IMG/VR virus record: IMGVR_UViG_3300049135_000118
Coordinates: 1 to 30,134 of that record
Strand: one strand, 5' to 3'
Origin: a virus
Lineage: Duplodnaviria > Caudoviricetes
Length of the DNA: 30,134 nt
The position numbers were made by a program, and so were the translations under genes. Shown here piece after piece: positions 16,626 to 24,937 of the stretch. The first letter of the stretch is position 1. Each line of letters opens with the position of its first letter. The notes beneath the pieces are model-generated. The model saw only the letters and a program-made list of their open reading frames with translations, searched no databases and was not told the DNA's origin.

Positions 16626-16901
16626 TCAGGCCCGCAGTTGGGCGGTGATGGACTGCCATTCGGCAGTGTTCTCGCGGGGGATGTCCTCGGGTTCCTTGCT
16701 GGCGCGGGCCCGCCACACGGAGGCGTCGGAGAGGCCGCCGACGAGGAGGCAGAACCGCCGCCACGACAGGCCCGCGCGCATCTCCTCGGCGAGGTCGCCG
16801 TGGTATTCGCGCCGCCAGTCCGCGTACAGCGGGCCCCAGTGGACTAGGACGCAGTGGATGACATGGAGGCCCCGAGCGGTGCCGGGGCCGGCGGTTCCCC
16901 C
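16626..16901 (-). CDS. Tail assembly chaperone C-terminal extension (gpT-like), made by -1 frameshift
   Basis: The -1 frame continues GGTAGPG...HWGPLYADWRREYH...LSWRRFCLLVGGLSDAS after the slippery site. Confidence 0.8.
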   Translation of the reverse strand, partial: GGTAGPGTARGLHVIHCVLVHWGPLYADWRREYHGDLAEEMRAGLSWRRFCLLVGGLSDASVWRARASKEPEDIPRENTAEWQSITAQLRA

Positions 16902-17242
16902 TGGGCGTCCAGCTGGTCGCGCATCTCGGCAGGCAGGCCCTCGCGGACCAGTTTCATCGTGCGGTTCATGACGCCGTACAGCTGGCTGATGCCGATGCCG
17001 TCCTTCATCATCTGCTCGGCGTTCTCGCGGCCGCCGGTGAGCATCCCGATCGTGTCGAGCAGTTCGTCGATCGTGACGTTGTGGATGCCCTTCTTCTGCA
17101 TCTTGACGGCGTTGAGGATCGCCAGCGCTGGCAGTTCGGGCGGCAGCGCGTAGAAGCGGCCCTTCACCTTGATGTGCAGGGGCTCCTGGGCTTCGGCTTC
17201 CCATTCGGCGTCGAAGTCGAAGTACTGCTCGGGTTCGGCCAT
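16844..17242 (-). CDS. Tail assembly chaperone (gpG-like)
   Basis: ATG 17242 (TAATG overlap with the major tail stop), 132 aa, between major tail and TMP. Confidence 0.85.
   Translation of the reverse strand: MAEPEQYFDFDAEWEAEAQEPLHIKVKGRFYALPPELPALAILNAVKMQKKGIHNVTIDELLDTIGMLTGGRENAEQMMKDGIGISQLYGVMNRTMKLVREGLPAEMRDQLDAQGEPPAPAPLGASMSSTAS
16895..16901 (-). other. Programmed -1 ribosomal frameshift site GGGGGAA
   Basis: CAG GGG GAA CCG near the chaperone 3' end; a -1 slip gives Q-G-G-T-A-G, in frame with the downstream ORF. Confidence 0.85.
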
Positions 17243-17697
17243 TAGACGACCGCCGCCGTGGTCGCCGCGCCCGAGCGGATGATCGTCGCCGACCAGGAGG
17301 TGGCGTCGTTGTTGCCGCCGCCCTTCGCGCCGGGCTGCACGGACGCCTCCCAGACCGTCCACGCGGTGTCGTCGACGTGCCGGAACCGGAAGGTGCCAAG
17401 CGCGGCGTAGGCGACGAGGCGACCGAGCTCGTCTACGCGGACCTGCCCGACGTCGGGGGTCGCGCCGTCGATGCCGCGGTCGACCATGCCCTCCAAGGAG
17501 AGCTGGCCGCCGCGCTGCACCTGAGTGCCCTCGTACTCGCCGGCCGAGGCGAAGTCGGTGGTCTCCATGGCGGCGTTGTTCGCGTTCGGGTCCATCTCGA
17601 ACGAGTTGATGCCGCCGATCTCGAGGTAGGCGGGGGTCGGGGTGGCGCCGTCGGAGACCTGGAAGATCCAGTCCCGCGCCAGAATCTTGCGCGTCAT
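17242..17697 (-). CDS. Major tail (tube) protein
   Basis: 151 aa starting MTRKILARDWIFQV, AAGGAG SD, ETTDF and GGGNNDATSW motifs, and position. Confidence 0.85.
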   Translation of the reverse strand: MTRKILARDWIFQVSDGATPTPAYLEIGGINSFEMDPNANNAAMETTDFASAGEYEGTQVQRGGQLSLEGMVDRGIDGATPDVGQVRVDELGRLVAYAALGTFRFRHVDDTAWTVWEASVQPGAKGGGNNDATSWSATIIRSGAATTAAVV

Positions 17698-17707
17698 CGC
17701 GTGCTCC

Positions 17708-18133
17708 TTAGTGTCGGTTCGGTGCGGCCGAGCGTTCGGTCTCGGCGCGGAAGTTGACGGCCCACCGGGGGCGGCCGTTCTGGTCACGAGAGGTGAACAC
17801 GGGCGCAGACTGGGCGCCAGTGCACAGCAGCAGGTGTGACCCGTCGGCGAGGTCGCGGCGGCCGAGGCCCTGCAGCTTGAGGTAGACGTCCTGGGCGAGG
17901 TCGCCGCCGGTCCGGAAGTCACCGGCCGGGCCGCGGACGGTCACCTGGAACGCGGGCGAGTCCCATCCGAACTTGGCGTTGCCGGGGCTGGAGGGGTAGC
18001 TGCGGACGGCCATGACGAGATCGGGCGAGTCGGGGAGGTCGGGGACGAAGATGGTGCCGCCGACCGCGTCGGGTGTGTACGTCCCGAGCTCGAGCTCGTC
18101 GAGGAGGTGCGCGATCGCCTCGTCGAAGATCAC
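17708..18133 (-). CDS. Tail terminator protein
   Basis: GTGA-coupled, 141 aa, LPDSPD...FQVTVRG...DQNGRPRWAVNF pattern. Confidence 0.8.
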   Translation of the reverse strand: MIFDEAIAHLLDELELGTYTPDAVGGTIFVPDLPDSPDLVMAVRSYPSSPGNAKFGWDSPAFQVTVRGPAGDFRTGGDLAQDVYLKLQGLGRRDLADGSHLLLCTGAQSAPVFTSRDQNGRPRWAVNFRAETERSAAPNRH

Positions 18134-18486
18134 GAGAGGGCCCGTTTCAGCTCGGTCTGCGCGATCTTCGCGAGCGTCGCCTGGTTGCCCGCGTCCATGA
18201 ACGGTTCCTCGAGGTACTTCGCCTGTCCGTCGTCGTGGTAGTACTCGAGGTTCTCGTGCTGGTCGACCGCATAGCGCTCGTCGTAGGAGACCGCGCCCTT
18301 CTGCTGCCCGGGGTCCACGCTGGCGGTGCCGGAGCGGGCCAGTTCTCCCTCCTCGACCGGGACGAGCGGCCGGGACTCGCCGAGCAGGAACTCCGTCCCG
18401 TGCTGCAGCGCCCGCGTCCCCGCGGCCTTCTGGCGCTTCAGGACCTCGCCGCCGTTCCACTTGATCTTCGCTTTCGGGTTAGGCAC
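18130..18486 (-). CDS. Neck protein (HK97 gp10-like / minor capsid)
   Basis: VPVEEGELARSG, YAVDQHE and GQAKYLEEP motifs; GTG 18486. Confidence 0.8.
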   Translation of the reverse strand: MPNPKAKIKWNGGEVLKRQKAAGTRALQHGTEFLLGESRPLVPVEEGELARSGTASVDPGQQKGAVSYDERYAVDQHENLEYYHDDGQAKYLEEPFMDAGNQATLAKIAQTELKRALS

Positions 18487-18793
18487 AGGACACCTCGATG
18501 TTGTCGGGGGTCGGCAGGCCACCGCCGTCGACGAGGCCGACGGCGAGGACCTTCGTGCGGCGGCCGCGGATGGTCGCCATGTCGTCGGGCTTGATGGCCT
18601 CCCCGGGCTCGCAGATGAACCCGCGCTCCGAGACGACCTCTTTCCCCGTCGAGTCGCGGACGAGCTTGCGGACCTCGGTGATCAGGCACTTGATCGGCGC
18701 GCCGGGCCCGTACTTCGGGCCGGATCCCTTCTCGCCCTCGTAGGGTTCGACGGTCACCGTGTGCACCATTAGGAACGAGATCGAGACCGCCAC
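18479..18793 (-). CDS. Head closure (stopper) protein
   Basis: HTVTVEPYEG...RKLVRDSTGKEVVS motif and position after the adaptor. Confidence 0.75.
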   Translation of the reverse strand: MAVSISFLMVHTVTVEPYEGEKGSGPKYGPGAPIKCLITEVRKLVRDSTGKEVVSERGFICEPGEAIKPDDMATIRGRRTKVLAVGLVDGGGLPTPDNIEVSCA

Positions 18794-18794
18794 G

Positions 18795-19214
18795 TCAGAC
18801 CATGCCGATCCGGCCGGGCAGGAGCCCGGCCTGACGCAGCAGCATGACGGCGGTCCGCGGGTAGGCAATGCCGTTGCGGATGACCGGTCCGGTGCCGGTG
18901 TCGGCCTTTGTGAGGGAGATCGGTCCGGCGGACACGGCGGTGTACCCGGCCGGGATCCCGCCGGTCGTGGCCGCGCCCGCGTTCGGGTCGATGTCGAAGC
19001 TCGCTTGCGCGATGGTGGCCTCGCGGATCGCCTCCACCTCGGCGGCCACGGTCGGCTGCTCGTTGACGCCGACGTCATAGACGGCGGTGAGCAGCAGCGC
19101 GTCGATCTCGCGGGAAGCGATGGCGAGCCGGCCTGCGAGATCGGCCGGGGCCTCAGCGAACCCGTAGGGGCTCGCCTCGTACTCCACGGTGGTCGCGTAG
19201 ACCGGCGCCGCCAT
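18795..19214 (-). CDS. Head-to-tail adaptor
   Basis: VYATTVEY...LAIASREID...IREATIAQA...LLRQAGL pattern. Confidence 0.8.
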   Translation of the reverse strand: MAAPVYATTVEYEASPYGFAEAPADLAGRLAIASREIDALLLTAVYDVGVNEQPTVAAEVEAIREATIAQASFDIDPNAGAATTGGIPAGYTAVSAGPISLTKADTGTGPVIRNGIAYPRTAVMLLRQAGLLPGRIGMV

Positions 19215-19216
19215 CG

Positions 19217-19405
19217 CTACGCCGCCTTGTTCTCGTCGGCCTGCTTGGCCTTCGGATCAGTGAAGGACTCGACCTTCACCCAGCCGTCCCGTTCGGACCG
19301 GTTGTCGGCGGCGGCGAGCCCGAGGCGCGTGTCCTCGTGCCCGCCGTGCTTGGCCTCGATCTTCTCGATGACCTTGCCGCCCTTGCGGAACTCGTACTTC
19401 GGCAT
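19217..19405 (-). CDS. Small hypothetical head-region protein
   Basis: 62 aa, tightly packed between neighbours, GGAGG SD. Confidence 0.65.
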   Translation of the reverse strand: MPKYEFRKGGKVIEKIEAKHGGHEDTRLGLAAADNRSERDGWVKVESFTDPKAKQADENKAA

Positions 19406-19408
19406 CTC

Positions 19409-20029
19409 CTACGCCTCCTTGTTCGTGTCGTCGGTGCCGTACGTCTCGATGAGGTCGGCCTTGGTCATGGCCTCGGCCTCCTCGCGGGACAGCTCGGCGT
19501 TGGCGTGCAGCGCGTAGTCGACCCAGTCGGCCTTCGCTGCGGACTGCGCCGGGCGCTGGACCGTGTCCTTGCCAGCCGCGGCGCGGGTCGCCTCGGTGAC
19601 GTCCTCGCCCTGGACGAACACGGCCTCGGTCAGCGCGGTCTCCTGCGCCTCCTGCAGCTCGGGGTCGTCCACGTGGACGTCGCCGGGGTGGATCGGGCCG
19701 GTCTCGGCGGCGTGGATGCCCGGAGCGACGACGAGCGGCCCGTGCGGGTCGGCCTCGCCGGCGTTCGTGGGCGGGAGGAAGTCCGACTCGCGCGGGTCCA
19801 CCGCGGCGTCGCGCAGGCGGGTCCCGATCTGCTCGGCCTCGGCGAAGTCGCGCGCGTCGGGCTGCTCGGGAGACTCCTGGGCGCTGGCTTCCTCGTCGAT
19901 GCCGTACCCGGCTTTGCGGGCGTAGCGGATGATGGCCTTGTCGTCGGTCTCGGCGCGGCCGTCCTCGAAGTGCAGGCCGCCCACCCCGGGGCCGGTGAAT
20001 CCCTTCTCGGGGCTGTAGATCACGGTCAC
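19409..20029 (-). CDS. Acidic capsid-associated protein with C-terminal HeH/LEM-like helical motif
   Basis: GTGA-coupled to the major capsid gene; ends in PAQSAAKADWVDYA...EAEAMTKADLIE. Confidence 0.7.
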   Translation of the reverse strand: MTVIYSPEKGFTGPGVGGLHFEDGRAETDDKAIIRYARKAGYGIDEEASAQESPEQPDARDFAEAEQIGTRLRDAAVDPRESDFLPPTNAGEADPHGPLVVAPGIHAAETGPIHPGDVHVDDPELQEAQETALTEAVFVQGEDVTEATRAAAGKDTVQRPAQSAAKADWVDYALHANAELSREEAEAMTKADLIETYGTDDTNKEA

Positions 20030-20985
20030 GGGACCACCACCTGCACGTCGCGCAGCACCGCGGCCGCTTTGGTCGCCTTGAGGGCGACGCCGACCGGGCC
20101 GAGTTCGACTTCGCCGGTCTTGACGGCGCCGGGCGTGGTGAAGTCGGGCGGGAACTGGCGCACCAGGTTCCCGCCGGTGGTGGAGATGCCGTGGAACGCG
20201 TCGAGCCCGAGGCGCACGGCATAGATGTCGGTGTCGCCGGTGACAGGGTCGGTCGGGATGATCGGGTCGGTGCTGCCCGCCTTGTCGCCGAGGTCGATCA
20301 GCGGGATGCCGCGCCACGTGGTGATGGTGCGTCCGAAGAACTCGCGGGAGTCCAGCGAGGACGCGAAGTCGCCGATGGTCTCGAGGGCGGCGAGCGCGTC
20401 CGCGTTCATGAGCAGCGCGTCGGGCTGGCCGTCCATGACGGCGATGATGCGGCGCAGCAGCGCCTGGGCGGCGACGGCGGTCGCCTGGGAGTTGACGGTG
20501 GTCCAGTTGGCTGCGGAACCGTCGATCTCCGTACCGGAGCCGGTCAGGGCCTTGGACAGGCCGTCGAAGCTGTTGGCGTTGACCGCGGTGTCGCCGTTGA
20601 TCACGGCGTCAGAGAAGGTCGCCTGCGCGGCCTTGATTTTCTGTCGCATCTGGAGCGCGACCTCGCCGGACACGGCGGGGCCGATCTCCGCGAGCACGCG
20701 GTCGACCTGGAACGACCCACCGAGGACCTTCAGGTCCGTGGTGTAGCGCGCCCGGGTCGCTTCCTGCGGCACGTACTCGGCGTTGATCGCGCGGAACGCG
20801 GCCGTGCTCTGCGTGACCAGGCGCGTGTACCCGTAGGTGAGGGTCGCGCCGCCACCGGCGGGGTTGACGACGTTGTCGAACGTCAGGGAGTCCAGCAGCC
20901 AGCTGGACTTGCGGAACTCGTCGATGACCGCGACGTCGATGTCGTCGACCGCGTTCAGTCGGGCCTGGGCCAGTGTGACCGGCAT
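20026..20985 (-). CDS. Major capsid protein
   Basis: 319 aa, MPVTLAQA...VIDEFRKSSWLLD...FRAINAEY...INGD...FDGL, AAGGAG SD, follows the scaffold gene. Confidence 0.93.
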   Translation of the reverse strand: MPVTLAQARLNAVDDIDVAVIDEFRKSSWLLDSLTFDNVVNPAGGGATLTYGYTRLVTQSTAAFRAINAEYVPQEATRARYTTDLKVLGGSFQVDRVLAEIGPAVSGEVALQMRQKIKAAQATFSDAVINGDTAVNANSFDGLSKALTGSGTEIDGSAANWTTVNSQATAVAAQALLRRIIAVMDGQPDALLMNADALAALETIGDFASSLDSREFFGRTITTWRGIPLIDLGDKAGSTDPIIPTDPVTGDTDIYAVRLGLDAFHGISTTGGNLVRQFPPDFTTPGAVKTGEVELGPVGVALKATKAAAVLRDVQVVVP

Positions 20986-21000
20986 GATCTATCTCCTTGG

Positions 21001-21648
21001 CTACGTGCCGTAGCGTGCAGCCACGGCGGAGTCGAGTGTGGGTGTGGTGTTGGACCGGCCCCCGGATCCGCCGGGGATCGGCGCTCCGGACTTGCCGGGC
21101 GTCGGGGCGGGCGCGGCCTTCGCGAACGCGGCCACGGCCTTCTCGATCGCTTTCGAGTCGACGTCGCCCTTCTCATCGACGAACGACTCGACTTTGATCA
21201 GGTCGGCGCTGATGAGGTCGGCGAGGTTGACGCCCTTGTCCTTCGCCGCCGACTTGAGCTCGGCGGCGGCGAGCTTGACGCCCGCGGACTTCATGGCCTC
21301 GGCGCGACCTTCGGCCTTTGCCGTGGCGACGGCCTTCTCCTGTTCGGACATCTGGGAGGCCTTGAGCTTTTCCAGCTCTTCGGCGGCCTTGGCGTTGGCC
21401 TTGGCGCGCTTCTCCCATTCGCGGGACGCCTTCTTCCAGTCGGTGTCGTCGCCTTTGGGGGCGCCCTCGCCGTCCTGGTCGTTGTCGCCGTTCGCGTTCG
21501 CGCCCTGGTCGTTCGCGGCCTCGTCGTCGCCAGCGCCTGTGCCGTCGCCCGAGCCGCCGCCCCCGGAGGGGTGGCCTTCGTCGGAGCGCAGGCCGAGGCC
21601 GGCGGGGATGATGCCGCGCGCGATGAGGCGCCGGAGGTACCTGTTCAT
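21001..21648 (-). CDS. Capsid scaffolding protein
   Basis: Acidic Gly-rich N-terminus and DWKKASREWEKRAKAN...SEQEKAV coiled coil. Confidence 0.88.
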   Translation of the reverse strand: MNRYLRRLIARGIIPAGLGLRSDEGHPSGGGGSGDGTGAGDDEAANDQGANANGDNDQDGEGAPKGDDTDWKKASREWEKRAKANAKAAEELEKLKASQMSEQEKAVATAKAEGRAEAMKSAGVKLAAAELKSAAKDKGVNLADLISADLIKVESFVDEKGDVDSKAIEKAVAAFAKAAPAPTPGKSGAPIPGGSGGRSNTTPTLDSAVAARYGT

Positions 21649-21793
21649 GATGTGGTTCTCTCCCGTGCGGGATGAGCCGTCGGCCGTGCGGCTTCAGGCG
21701 GTCGGATACTGGTCTGCCCCCGTGCGGGGGAAGCGTGAGTGGCGAAACCTCGATACGGTGACGGGGAAGTGACCCCCTGGATTGGAGCCCCGT

Positions 21794-22129
21794 ATGAGAC
21801 GTGCCGTGATGGTGCTGGCCGTGGCCTGCGTGTTCGCGCTGGCCGCGTGCAGCGGTGAGGATGAACCCGAGGCCGACGGCGACCTCGACGCGCCCGCGCA
21901 GACCGCGTGCGATAAGACCGCCCAGTGGTCGGCGGACGGCTACCCGGAGGACGTTCGGGACGAGACGCTGCAGGAGATCGCCGACGCGGCGGCCGCCTCA
22001 GAGGTTCCGGAGATTCAGGCGCCGTCGGACGAGATCGCGGCGGCTGTCGGCGGTTCGGCGACGGCATACCAGGTGCCACTGGATGAGCTCGCCAGCGTGT
22101 GTCTGGATCTGGGATGGTCGGGCGAGTAG
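21794..22129 (+). CDS. Lipoprotein moron, antisense within the head module
   Basis: Signal peptide MRRAVMVLAVACVFALAA-C with lipobox LAAC, GGAG SD, acidic mature domain with two further Cys. Confidence 0.82.
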   Translation: MRRAVMVLAVACVFALAACSGEDEPEADGDLDAPAQTACDKTAQWSADGYPEDVRDETLQEIADAAAASEVPEIQAPSDEIAAAVGGSATAYQVPLDELASVCLDLGWSGE

Positions 22130-22130
22130 G

Positions 22131-23324
22131 TCACCGGGCCTGCCCGATCTGCTCGCGCTGCGGTTGACGGACGAGGCCGGTGTCGCGCACGTGCTCGCGG
22201 ATCTCGCCTTGGAGGGCGCGGACGCGGGCGTTCAGCGGCTTGCGGGCGTCGGGGTCGATGACGGCCTCGGCGCGCATCTTCGCGCGGCGCAGGCTCCGCT
22301 CGAGGGAGCGGAGCCGCTGCCGGTTCCGATCGCCTTGCGGGTCTTGGGTGTGCGTTGGGACGGTGGTCGCGCCCGGGAAGTAGCCGGACAAGTTGTGCCT
22401 GCAGTTCGGGTGCAGGAGGCCAGCGCGGATCGCGCCGGTGACGGTGTCGACCACGTCGACGGTGACCATGCGGTCGTCGGTCGCGTGCGGCACCTGGATT
22501 CGCCCGGTCGGGCCCGAGCGCGCCAACACCTTGCCTTCGAACGGGCGGCACAGCTTGCACTCTTGGGCGGCGTTGCTGACGATGACGAGGTCGATGCCGG
22601 CGTCGGCGAGCCGGTCCATGTGCCCTTCGACGGACGCTTGCGCGGACCCGGAGCGCATCGCCATCTCGACGTAGGAGGCGAGCTCCCAGCGGCGACCGGA
22701 CGCGTCGGTGAAGCCCTTCACGCCCTGCCCGAGGAACCTCTCCCAGGTGACCTGTGCGCCGCGCAGCCGCGTCTTGGTGCCTGCGAGGACGTCGACGAGC
22801 GCGGTCTCCGCGACCACTTGGCGGTACACGTCGTCGGCCCAGCGCAGGAGCGGCGTGTGCGTCGCCGACAGCTTCGACGTGAGGGTCCACGCGAGACGCT
22901 GGATCGCATCGATCCCCGGTAGCGCGGCGCGGAGCCGCGCGGTCTCGGCCCAGATCGCGGCCTCGCGCTGCCGGGCGATCTTGTCGAGCCTGGGGAGTGC
23001 CTTGTTCCCGGCGGCGAGGCGTTCGAGCAGGCTCGGTTGCCAGCGCGCGACCTCGTCGACGGCCGCGACACCGCCGCGGTAGTAGGCCATGACGAGCGAC
23101 TGGGCGACGCGGTCGCGCATCGGGCCTTGCAGCTGCTCGACGATGACGCGCTGGCGGCGGTTGAACGCCTGCAGCGCGTTCAGCTTCTCGGTGGCCCAGT
23201 CAGGGGATTCGATGCCGCGGGCGAGCGCGGCCGCGATGTTCTGGGCGAGGCGGGTCTCAAGGTCGGTGTAGAGGTCGACGACGGTGGTCGCGAGGTCGGC
23301 GGCGAGGTCGCGGGAGACGGGCAT
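22131..23324 (-). CDS. Phage minor capsid / head morphogenesis protein (MuF-related)
   Basis: FTDASGRRWELASYVEMAMRS, ECKLCRPFEGKV and GLLHPNCRH motifs. Confidence 0.9.
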   Translation of the reverse strand: MPVSRDLAADLATTVVDLYTDLETRLAQNIAAALARGIESPDWATEKLNALQAFNRRQRVIVEQLQGPMRDRVAQSLVMAYYRGGVAAVDEVARWQPSLLERLAAGNKALPRLDKIARQREAAIWAETARLRAALPGIDAIQRLAWTLTSKLSATHTPLLRWADDVYRQVVAETALVDVLAGTKTRLRGAQVTWERFLGQGVKGFTDASGRRWELASYVEMAMRSGSAQASVEGHMDRLADAGIDLVIVSNAAQECKLCRPFEGKVLARSGPTGRIQVPHATDDRMVTVDVVDTVTGAIRAGLLHPNCRHNLSGYFPGATTVPTHTQDPQGDRNRQRLRSLERSLRRAKMRAEAVIDPDARKPLNARVRALQGEIREHVRDTGLVRQPQREQIGQAR

Positions 23325-23327
23325 GGC

Positions 23328-24926
23328 CTACGCCTCGCCCTCGGGCTCCTCGTCGTCGGTCTCGGCGTCTTCGTCGGTGTCCTGCTCGGATCCGTTGCTG
23401 GGCGGGGTGAAGGGGCCGCCGGTGAACGTGTCGGGGTTCGTGAGGGCCTTGTCCTCGTCCTCGATCCGCTTGACCTCGTCCTCGATCTGCTTGTCGTCCC
23501 AGTCGTCATGCTGCGCCTTGACGGCGAGGAACCGGGAGATCGCGCCCGCGGCCCGGAGCGCCTGCAGCGTCTGGGCGTCGCGAAGCGGGTCGGGTTCGGC
23601 GAACGGCGGCCACTCGATCTTGGGCAGGTCGCTCGGGTCGACGTCGAGCCGGAACTGGACCTTCGCGGTCCACAGGGCGGCGGCCGCGACCTCGCGCAGC
23701 GCCTCACCCCAGTACCCGGACTTCTTCTCGTACGTGCGCGCCGACCGGGACTTGCGGTCGTTGACCTCGGTCGCAGTCGTGTCGCCGCCGCCTTCACGCT
23801 CGAGCCCGAACGTCGACGCGGAGTACCCGGCGGTGTGGACAGCGGCGCGCGCCCACGTGTGCATGGTCTCGACGTGCTCCTGCACGCGGATGGCGAACTG
23901 CTGCACCGTGATGCCTGCGGCATCGGAGGTCAGCGGGATGTCGAGGGAGGCGTACAGCTCGTTGTCGGGGTCCCAAGTAGCGCCAGCGCCACGGCCCATC
24001 GACTGGAGGAACCCCTCGGGAACGAACGCCCTGCTCTTGCCGAGGCGCACGTCCCGCATGAGCGAGGAGGCGGTCTCGTCGAGGTTGTCGAACAGGCCCG
24101 TGCAGCCTTCGAAGTCGGACCGGCCGAGCTCGGACCCGCGGTCGTCGCGGGACGGGTACATGTTGGGGGCGTAGGCGACGGGCAGGACCGGCATTTCCAG
24201 GTCGATGGCGTCGGCGAGGCCGCGGGTGTCCTCGAACGCGCCGAGGTCGACGCGGCGGCCGAGCTTGTCGCGGGTGCCGACGTAGACGCCGTGGAACACC
24301 CACGCGGACCGGGCACCCTTCGCGCCCAGCAGTTCGTACCGTTCGAGGTAGCGGGTGACCTTCGTGCCGTCGTCGCCGAGCTCGCGGACGAACACGACAG
24401 CGACGAGGCGGCCCCATCGGAACACGGGGAACGCGGAGTCGGCGTGGACGGCGGACAGGATCGGGTGGTCCCACAGTTCCTTGTCGAACGTCGTCCTCAA
24501 GAACACGCCGCCGAACGGCGAGGCGACCTCGGCGGCCTCATGCAGGCGGGAGGTGAGCCGCATCTGGTCGTCGAGGGTCTCCCAGGCGGTCGTCGTCTCC
24601 TTGTTCTTGAACTTGAACGACGGCGGCCGGGCGAAGAGGAGATCCGCGGAGGCGGTGGCGATGTCGGCCGGGAGCGGCATGTGGACGGCGGTACGGCGCT
24701 GGCCGGGCTGCACGGGTGCACCCCAGAACCAGCGCGAGAGGGTGCCGACGACGCCGCCGCGCAGCTGCGAGGGCCGGGTCTTGGGGGCGAGCGTGTCGCG
24801 GCGCTGGTAGACGCGGCCGAGCTTGTCGGGGTTCCCGGACCACCAGGCGTCGAAGTCGGCGAACTGGGCCAGCGCGGGGGCGTATTCCTCGGGAGGCCAG
24901 GCGATCGACTTGTCGGGGAGCGGCAC
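23328..24926 (-). CDS. Portal protein (SPP1/A118-like)
   Basis: AAGGAGG SD before GTG 24926; HMPLPADIATASADLLF, LGRSDFEG and TATEV motifs; follows terL. Confidence 0.92.
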   Translation of the reverse strand: MPLPDKSIAWPPEEYAPALAQFADFDAWWSGNPDKLGRVYQRRDTLAPKTRPSQLRGGVVGTLSRWFWGAPVQPGQRRTAVHMPLPADIATASADLLFARPPSFKFKNKETTTAWETLDDQMRLTSRLHEAAEVASPFGGVFLRTTFDKELWDHPILSAVHADSAFPVFRWGRLVAVVFVRELGDDGTKVTRYLERYELLGAKGARSAWVFHGVYVGTRDKLGRRVDLGAFEDTRGLADAIDLEMPVLPVAYAPNMYPSRDDRGSELGRSDFEGCTGLFDNLDETASSLMRDVRLGKSRAFVPEGFLQSMGRGAGATWDPDNELYASLDIPLTSDAAGITVQQFAIRVQEHVETMHTWARAAVHTAGYSASTFGLEREGGGDTTATEVNDRKSRSARTYEKKSGYWGEALREVAAAALWTAKVQFRLDVDPSDLPKIEWPPFAEPDPLRDAQTLQALRAAGAISRFLAVKAQHDDWDDKQIEDEVKRIEDEDKALTNPDTFTGGPFTPPSNGSEQDTDEDAETDDEEPEGEA

Positions 24927-24937
24927 GGGCACCTCCT

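Noticed and set aside
22131-23324. MuF-fused polymorphic toxin with the adjacent gene as immunity
   Set aside because: The protein ends shortly after the HPNCRH motif with the usual basic helical tail and no toxin extension; the adjacent gene is an antisense lipoprotein.
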